From: a virus
Taxonomy: Duplodnaviria; Caudoviricetes
IMG/VR virus record: IMGVR_UViG_3300043621_000039
Location: 1-61,890 of that record
Length of the DNA stretch: 61,890 nt
Reading direction: 5' to 3' (one strand)
A program made the translations under genes and the position numbers. A model generated the notes under the pieces. That model ran no database searches and was not told the origin of the DNA. It was given only the letters and a program-made list of their open reading frames with translations. Position 1 is the first letter of the stretch; every line of letters begins with the position of its first letter. Positions 56,145 to 61,890 of the stretch are shown here, piece after piece.

Positions 56145-57272
56145 ATGAGCCTGCCGATCCTGCGGACCTCCGAGCGGAAGGCCTTCAAGCGCTGCCAGCG
56201 ACGCTGGTGGTGGGGCTACAGGGAGGGCTACGTTCCGGTTGGTACGGAGTCGACTCCGCTGTGGTTCGGTACCGGCATCCACATCGCACTGGCTGAGTGG
56301 TACCTGCCGGGCGTAGCGCGGGGACCGCATCCGGCAGAGACCTTTGAGGCCTTCGCCAAGGACACCATGCGATCTGTGAAGATGGCGAGCGCCACTGAAG
56401 AGCGCGTTGCGGAGTACGCGGACGGTGCGGAGCTTGGCGTCAAGTTGATGGATCTCTACGTCAAGGAGTACGGCAAGGACTCCTCCTGGCACTTCATCCA
56501 GGCCGAGAAAACGTTCAGCATCGCAGTCCCCTGGCCGGATAACACTCGGCAGACCGCCTATGTGGTGGACGAGCAGTCCGGCACCATGGTGGAGTACAAA
56601 GGGACCTATGACGGCGTCTATCGGGACCTAGTGGACGGCCGCATCAAGCTGCTGGAAACCAAGAGCGCCAAGGCGATTCAGACTGGGCACCTGGCGATCG
56701 ATGACCAGGCCGGCAGCTACTGGGCCGTGGCTACTGCATCGCTCCGCAGCGAAGGCCTCATCAAGCCGGATGAGTCGATCGCAGAGATCAACTACAACTT
56801 CGTTCGCAAGGCGCTACCGGATGAGCGACCGAAGGATCCGCAGGGCTACGCTACCAACAAGCCTGTCAAGCTGGATTATGGTACCGTGCTTGGATTTGAG
56901 CCAGGCCCGGCGCTGAACAAGATGACCATACCCAAGCTAGAAGAGTTGGCCCGCTCGCGGGGACTCGTGGTGCTAGGCGAACGATCGAAGGTCCAACCGC
57001 CTCCGATCTTCGAGCGCTTCCCGGTGCATCGGACCTCTGCGGAGCGTGTCACGCAGCTCCGGCGGATCCAGTCGGAAGCGGTCCAGATGCAGCTGATCCG
57101 TGACGGGGTCATCGAGATGACCAAGAGCCCAACCCGGGACTGCAATTGGGATTGCGGTTACTACGGGGTCTGTGAGTTGGAGGAGAGACAGGGCGACTGG
57201 AAGGAGTTGGCCCGGGTATCGATGCGGCGTCAGGACCCTTACGCCGATCACCGCAAGTCAGCTGAGGAGTAA
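56145..57272 (+). CDS. RecB/Cas4-like PD-(D/E)XK exonuclease
   Basis: SERKAFKRC, GTGIH, GTYD, LLETKS, Q...Y, CNWDCGYYGVC. Confidence 0.85.
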   Translation: MSLPILRTSERKAFKRCQRRWWWGYREGYVPVGTESTPLWFGTGIHIALAEWYLPGVARGPHPAETFEAFAKDTMRSVKMASATEERVAEYADGAELGVKLMDLYVKEYGKDSSWHFIQAEKTFSIAVPWPDNTRQTAYVVDEQSGTMVEYKGTYDGVYRDLVDGRIKLLETKSAKAIQTGHLAIDDQAGSYWAVATASLRSEGLIKPDESIAEINYNFVRKALPDERPKDPQGYATNKPVKLDYGTVLGFEPGPALNKMTIPKLEELARSRGLVVLGERSKVQPPPIFERFPVHRTSAERVTQLRRIQSEAVQMQLIRDGVIEMTKSPTRDCNWDCGYYGVCELEERQGDWKELARVSMRRQDPYADHRKSAEE

Positions 57273-57275
57273 GCC

Positions 57276-57443
57276 ATGGAGCCGGAAGTCAAGACATACG
57301 AGGGATATTGCGTCAAGTGCAAGGAGAAGCGGGAGTTTGAGGGCGTGGTGAACGTCGCCAAGTCCGGCAGCCTTATGGCCAAGGGTCCGTGCCCGGAGTG
57401 CGGGACGACGGTCTGCCGCATCATGCCGCGTCCTAAGGCATAG
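57276..57443 (+). CDS. DUF5679-like zinc-ribbon protein (not in the ORF track)
   Basis: YCVKCKEKRE...MAKGPCPECGTTVCRI; GAGGAG RBS. Confidence 0.75.
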   Translation: MEPEVKTYEGYCVKCKEKREFEGVVNVAKSGSLMAKGPCPECGTTVCRIMPRPKA

Positions 57444-57510
57444 CGGCAGTCACCGTCCGGAGTAGAGTCCGATCTACGCAGGAATCATCAATGCCCCCAA
57501 GGAGGGTCTG

Positions 57511-57909
57511 ATGGAAGCGCAGAATGTAATCGCCACAAACGAGCGACGCAAGCCCAAGGTCGGGAAGCACGTCCGGAAGCAGGTAACCCATGAGCGGCAC
57601 TCGGAGCGGCTGGGACGTGCGCGCTCCGGAGCGGCGACCGGCACCACGCCGCACTTCAAGATGTGGATGGCCGACCTGAACCTCAAGCGAGCGCTGGAGA
57701 GCACCAAGCTCAGCCAGGTCGCCAAGAAGCACACGGTCCCAGCCCTCGCCCTGAGCTACACGCTGCTCCACGAGGGCGGCATCAAGAACGTCTACCGGTT
57801 GACGCAGGCTGACGCGCGGGACCTTCTGCGGATCTCGGGCATCGGCCCCAAGCGGCTCGAAGCGGTCAAGGCCGACCTCGCCAGCCGTCATGTTTCGGTT
57901 CGCTGGTAA
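57511..57909 (+). CDS. RNA polymerase alpha-CTD-like helix-hairpin-helix protein
   Basis: LLHEGGIKNVYRL...DLLRISGIGPKRLEAVKADL. Confidence 0.65.
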   Translation: MEAQNVIATNERRKPKVGKHVRKQVTHERHSERLGRARSGAATGTTPHFKMWMADLNLKRALESTKLSQVAKKHTVPALALSYTLLHEGGIKNVYRLTQADARDLLRISGIGPKRLEAVKADLASRHVSVRW

Positions 57910-58793
57910 TGGCGACCGAGCGCGACGGTCTGACCACCGCTGATTTCGCAGCCGGTCTCTTCGATCTGACCGGCGCCACCGAGTACAAGAACATCATGAT
58001 CTACGGTGGGCCGGGAACCGGAAAGACTGTGCTCGCTGGGTCTGCACCGGGACGCATCCTGTTCCTCGCCGGGGAGCCAGGGTATATCTCCGCAGCGCGG
58101 CTCGGCGCGAACGGCACCGCTCGGCTAATCCCTGACAGCGCTACGGCGGTAGCGGCAGCTGCCTGGCTGGAGGACGGTAACGCCTCCCAATTTGACTTCC
58201 TGGTGATTGACGGTCTCGGGACGATTCAGAACAAGGCGTTGCTGAGCTACGCGGCAGAGGCCTGGGATGCCAACCCGGCCAAGCGGGTCCACAGAAACCT
58301 GCCTGACAAGCCGGACTACTTCAACGCCCAGAACTTCATCAAGAGCTGGGTGGCGCGGCTGATCGACCTCCCGATTCACACGATCTTCACCGCACACGCC
58401 ATGTTCCCAGAAGACAAGGAAACTGGCGATCAGCTGGTGTACCCTGCGATCCAGGGTAAGGGCTATGAGGTCTCCAGCTACGTCTGTGGAATGATGCATG
58501 CTGTTGGCTACATATCGCCTCGCATCAAGCAGACCGATGAGGGACCGGTCCAGGTTCGGCGGATCCTCTGGGAGAGCACCAAGGATCCCAAGACTGATAC
58601 CACCTACTTCGCCAAGGACCAGTTCAACGCCTTGGGGAGGTCGACGGACGTCCAGATGGGCGAGCTGATGCTGCCGGAGATCTTGCAGGTCATCGACTCC
58701 GGCCACCAGAACGAGACTCCGGCAGGGATCATCATCCCGCCGGTCGCAACGCCCGCGAGGCGGGCAGGCCGACGCGCACCAGCGCGTAGGTAG
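57909..58793 (+). CDS. Sak4/AAA_24-like ATPase
   Basis: YGGPGTGKT, LVIDG, IFTAH, FAKD. Confidence 0.8.
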   Translation: MATERDGLTTADFAAGLFDLTGATEYKNIMIYGGPGTGKTVLAGSAPGRILFLAGEPGYISAARLGANGTARLIPDSATAVAAAAWLEDGNASQFDFLVIDGLGTIQNKALLSYAAEAWDANPAKRVHRNLPDKPDYFNAQNFIKSWVARLIDLPIHTIFTAHAMFPEDKETGDQLVYPAIQGKGYEVSSYVCGMMHAVGYISPRIKQTDEGPVQVRRILWESTKDPKTDTTYFAKDQFNALGRSTDVQMGELMLPEILQVIDSGHQNETPAGIIIPPVATPARRAGRRAPARR

Positions 58794-58843
58794 GCAATCT
58801 CGGCTAGCGCTGCGGCGCTTGGGATTGACACAGAGGAGAAATA

Positions 58844-59389
58844 ATGCCGAAGGCCAAATGGGGCGCCGGGGATGCTCCCCTGACCGCTGACGCCATTGAT
58901 GGCGCGGAACGGCAGGAAACCCAGAAGAGGTACAGCGGTCCCATGCCGCGCGCTGGGACGTACCGGTTCGTCATCAAGTCCCTGAAGCAGGGCGTCAGCA
59001 ACACCGGCAACGACAAGGTTATGGTGACTGCCATCCTGGACGGTACCTGGATGGAGAACCACAAGGAGTATGACGGCTGCCCGATCTGGGATCACCTGCC
59101 GATCATGGACAGCACCAAGGAGCGGGTCGCCAACTTCCTGGACGCCATCGGCGCCACCGGTGATGACCTGATGAACAAGGCCTTGGTGGACGAGCTGGGC
59201 TATATCACCAAGCTCGGCGCGGTGGGCGATCCTGCCGGCATCATTGTCTACATCAACGTGGAGCGCTCCAAGCCCACGAAGGAGTACCCGGACGTGTCGT
59301 TGAAGGTCGGCTTCAACGGCTACATCCCGGTGGACGATGATGAGAGCGGTGCCGCTGCGACGGCGGACGGCGACGAACCTCCATTCTAG
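58844..59389 (+). CDS. Probable ssDNA-binding protein (DUF669-like)
   Basis: P.AGTY, SNTGN; acidic tail DGDEPPF; follows the Sak4-like gene. Confidence 0.7.
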   Translation: MPKAKWGAGDAPLTADAIDGAERQETQKRYSGPMPRAGTYRFVIKSLKQGVSNTGNDKVMVTAILDGTWMENHKEYDGCPIWDHLPIMDSTKERVANFLDAIGATGDDLMNKALVDELGYITKLGAVGDPAGIIVYINVERSKPTKEYPDVSLKVGFNGYIPVDDDESGAAATADGDEPPF

Positions 59390-59407
59390 GCAGCGCGCAG
59401 TAAGCGG

Positions 59408-59441
59408 GAGGGGCCGGACCGGGGAAGCGGTCCGGCCCTTC
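59408..59441 (+). terminator. Stem-loop/terminator
   Basis: GAGGGGCCGGACCG/CGGTCCGGCCCTTC. Confidence 0.6.
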
Positions 59442-59507
59442 TCTAGTTCCGGTAGCGGCAGTGTAGATCCCAGGCGTAGTCTGAGGTTTGGTATAGGAGG
59501 GACCACC

Positions 59508-59735
59508 ATGACACCTCAGATCCGAGTGCCGGATGTATCCGTCATGAAGGACGAGACGCTGATGCTGCATCTGGAGCTACGGCACGCTGACGAACTCCGG
59601 ATGGAGTTCAGGCCGGAGCCGGACCGCGATGAACGGCGGCTACACGCGAGCACCGAATGGCGGACGTTTCACGATGCGGTGCACCGGCTCCATGGCGAGG
59701 AATACGACCACGTTCACAATCCAGCGGAGAAGTGA
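59508..59735 (+). CDS. His-rich hypothetical protein
   Basis: AGGAGG RBS; TAGTCT -10 at 59477. Confidence 0.65.
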   Translation: MTPQIRVPDVSVMKDETLMLHLELRHADELRMEFRPEPDRDERRLHASTEWRTFHDAVHRLHGEEYDHVHNPAEK

Positions 59736-60262
59736 TGGAGACCATACGCCCCAACCTAACCTTCGAGGATCACACCGAAGAGATATATCTGGTGAACGGA
59801 ACCGGCGAGGCCTACTCCACCAGACAGCAAGCGGAGCAGCAAGGTGGTCTCGAAGGGATCGATGCGGTTACGCTGCATCGTCCGTCGCTGCGGCCGGTTT
59901 ACGGCGGACCGACGCTGATCGAAGCGCTCTGGGCTGAGATGGATGCCATCATGGAGCGTCTGATGACCGGCCAGGCCGCAGACGACGAGTGCGGTCAGCT
60001 GGGGTACCACGGGGTGCCTCTCCCCTATGACAACTGCAACGATCCCTGTCAGCACGATGACAACGGAGACAAGTACCGCGCACAGGAGCTGGCGTGGGTG
60101 CTAGCCATAGTTACCAACGCATACGACCCATCAGTGGACCGTATCCGCAAGGAAGCCATGGAGCGCTGGAAGGCAGCCGAGCGCGAGGCAGCCCTCCAGG
60201 AGGAGGCGCTGAATCCAGACCAAGATGATATGTTTTCGAGACCGGAGGGTGCGGACCAGTGA
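59735..60262 (+). CDS. Hypothetical protein
   Basis: TGATG coupling. Confidence 0.65.
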   Translation: METIRPNLTFEDHTEEIYLVNGTGEAYSTRQQAEQQGGLEGIDAVTLHRPSLRPVYGGPTLIEALWAEMDAIMERLMTGQAADDECGQLGYHGVPLPYDNCNDPCQHDDNGDKYRAQELAWVLAIVTNAYDPSVDRIRKEAMERWKAAEREAALQEEALNPDQDDMFSRPEGADQ

Positions 60263-61104
60263 AGTTCAAGCGGGAAAAGCTCAAGCGAGCGGCGGTGCTC
60301 GGGTGTGGGCCGGCAGGTCTGTTCGCCACACATGCCTTGGTGGAGAAGGGCTGGCAGGTCACGGTCTACTCGAAGCGTCGGAAGAGCCACATGTTCGGCG
60401 CGCAGTACCTGCACCGGGCGATCCCCGGACTCACCAAGTCAGATCCGGTCGAGGTCGAGTACGCGCTGCTGGGCGGCACGCCGGAGGAGTACCGAGAGAA
60501 GATCTACGGACCCAACCAGGTCACGACTTCGGTGCAGATACTGAATAACAACCACCAGGCCTGGGATATCCGCGAGGCCTACGATGAGGCCTGGGAACGC
60601 TACTCGCATTTGGTGATCGAGGCTGACGTCACGTCAAAGTGGCTGGGCATCCACAGCTGGGAGGAGAGAGCTGAGCCTCTCACGCCGGTCGGTCTGGCGT
60701 CTCACCAGTATGACGTGGTGATCAGCTCGATCCCGATGGACCAGCTCTGCTACCAGCAGCATGAGTTCCACAGCACTTCGATCTGGGCGATTGGGGACGC
60801 GCCAGAGCGCGGGACCTATGCGCCGTATCGCGCGCCGGAGAACACGATCCAGTGCAGTGCCTCGCCGGACGTAGGATGGTACCGAGCCTCCAACGTATTC
60901 AGTCACGTGACGGTCGAGTGGCCCGGAAGAACCAAGCCCCCACTGCCGGGTATCGCCCAGGTCACCAAGCCTATTGCCAACAACTGCAACTGTTTCGACT
61001 GGGGCAGCGGCTTCCCATCCAAGTTCATCCGGGTCGGTCGGTACGGCCAATGGATCAAGGGCGTGCTGTCGCATCACGCGTACGAAACGGCGGCCTGGCT
61101 ATGA
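60259..61104 (+). CDS. FAD/NAD(P)-binding oxidoreductase (Glf/amine-oxidase-like fold)
   Basis: AAVLGCGPAG, GAQYLH, VISSIP, VGRYGQW. Confidence 0.8.
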   Translation: MKFKREKLKRAAVLGCGPAGLFATHALVEKGWQVTVYSKRRKSHMFGAQYLHRAIPGLTKSDPVEVEYALLGGTPEEYREKIYGPNQVTTSVQILNNNHQAWDIREAYDEAWERYSHLVIEADVTSKWLGIHSWEERAEPLTPVGLASHQYDVVISSIPMDQLCYQQHEFHSTSIWAIGDAPERGTYAPYRAPENTIQCSASPDVGWYRASNVFSHVTVEWPGRTKPPLPGIAQVTKPIANNCNCFDWGSGFPSKFIRVGRYGQWIKGVLSHHAYETAAWL

Positions 61105-61283
61105 TGAAGATCATCGCTGCGATCCTGTTGCTACTCCTGGGGATCGTCTCACAGTTCGGTGCGATCGTCAGCTGGTTCAAGGGCCATGACCACTCAGCGA
61201 TCGGCTGGATGCTGCTGGGATCGATCTCTCTGGGGTACGGCCTCATGCTCGCCCAGTCCGCATCCAAGTCGCTCCGCCGATGA
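61101..61283 (+). CDS. Small two-TM membrane protein
   Basis: ATGA overlaps; hydrophobic. Confidence 0.55.
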   Translation: MMKIIAAILLLLLGIVSQFGAIVSWFKGHDHSAIGWMLLGSISLGYGLMLAQSASKSLRR

Positions 61284-61468
61284 AGTGGAGATACAGCGTT
61301 ACCTGGATTGACGGAAGGCAGGAGGTCTGGGTTTCCAGCAGGCATTCCCGACCGACTGCTGAAGGTCTGACCATATACCTCAACGAGCACGGTCATGACA
61401 GACGCTTCGATGAGATCCATATCCCGCTTGATTCGGTACGGACCGTGTTCACCGAGGAGGTCCGATGA
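61280..61468 (+). CDS. Small beta-rich protein
   Basis: IHIPLDSV. Confidence 0.55.
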   Translation: MKWRYSVTWIDGRQEVWVSSRHSRPTAEGLTIYLNEHGHDRRFDEIHIPLDSVRTVFTEEVR

Positions 61469-61656
61469 GGAGGGTGCATTTGGTCGTTTGGTTTCTCGGG
61501 CAGGACCGACCCAGCTACTTCACCGTGCCGGTTGGGGAGAGCTGGAGATTCGATACGCAGCACCGCGAACTCATCATCGGGAAGGGCATGGGACGGATCC
61601 ATGTCCCGTTGGATAACGTCAGTCACTACAGTCCGGAGGAATACCATGCGGAGTAA
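61465..61656 (+). CDS. Small beta-rich protein, possible paralog of the previous gene
   Basis: IHVPLDNV. Confidence 0.55.
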   Translation: MRRVHLVVWFLGQDRPSYFTVPVGESWRFDTQHRELIIGKGMGRIHVPLDNVSHYSPEEYHAE

Positions 61657-61890
61657 CGGGAGCGGCGTTCCTGTGGTGTCGCTTGACATCGATGGGACGC
61701 TGGGCGACTACCACGGCAACTTCCTGGAGTTCGCTCGGCGCTACTTCGCACACTCTCCACGGGAGTGGGAGGATCCTAATCCCGGTCTGCCCATGTGGGA
61801 GTGGATGGGGGTCGAGCAGCACGAGTACCGCGAGGCCAAGCTTGCGTATCGCCAGGGCGGCTGGAAACGCTGGATGCCGTGCTATCCGGG
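61646..61890 (+). CDS. HAD-superfamily phosphatase/5'-nucleotidase-like protein, N-terminal part (continues across the junction to 524; ~213 aa)
   Basis: ATG at 61646 after GGAGG; MRSNGSGVPVVSLDIDGTLGDY carries HAD motif I (DxDGT); in frame with ORF 30..524 through the overlap. Confidence 0.85.
   Translation, partial: MRSNGSGVPVVSLDIDGTLGDYHGNFLEFARRYFAHSPREWEDPNPGLPMWEWMGVEQHEYREAKLAYRQGGWKRWMPCYP
61764..61890. repeat. Terminal overlap, copy 2
   Basis: Exact match to 1-127. Confidence 0.95.

Noticed and set aside
61764-61890. 127-bp terminal direct repeat as a biological genome end
   Set aside because: It falls mid-gene and its length equals a common assembler k-mer, so it is best read as circular-contig overlap
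1-61890. Lysogeny module, reverse transcriptase/DGR, transposase
   Set aside because: No integrase, repressor, YxDD-type RT or DDE transposase motifs recognised; a highly divergent one could have been missed

Overview
The window appears to be one complete, circularly assembled genome (61,763 bp plus a 127-nt end overlap) of a high-GC, siphovirus-like phage, probably infecting an actinomycete. Essentially all credible genes lie on the + strand, and I see no integrase, repressor or CRISPR. Modules: (1) a nucleotide-metabolism/possible DNA-modification cluster spanning the junction (FAD oxidoreductase, HAD phosphatase, SAM methyltransferase, SDR, Nmad1/DUF1599-like protein, Cys-less family-4 UDG, dCTP deaminase), plus a divergent ThyX; (2) an HNH gene and a split DnaE whose PHP gene is interrupted by 4 extra nt in the first metal-binding motif; (3) a RuvC-like resolvase, a primase-polymerase/SF3 helicase and an iteron-rich origin candidate; (4) an ~810-nt ORF-poor structured region with two aberrant tRNA-like folds (a third lies at 55.7 kb); (5) virion genes, including a MuF-ADP-ribosyltransferase fusion and a predicted +1 frameshift tail chaperone, followed by lysis genes; (6) an early region with repeated promoter/leader motifs; (7) SNF2 helicase, RecB/Cas4-like nuclease, an alpha-CTD-like protein, a Sak4-like ATPase and an SSB-like protein. 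All function calls come from motif recognition by eye, not database searches.
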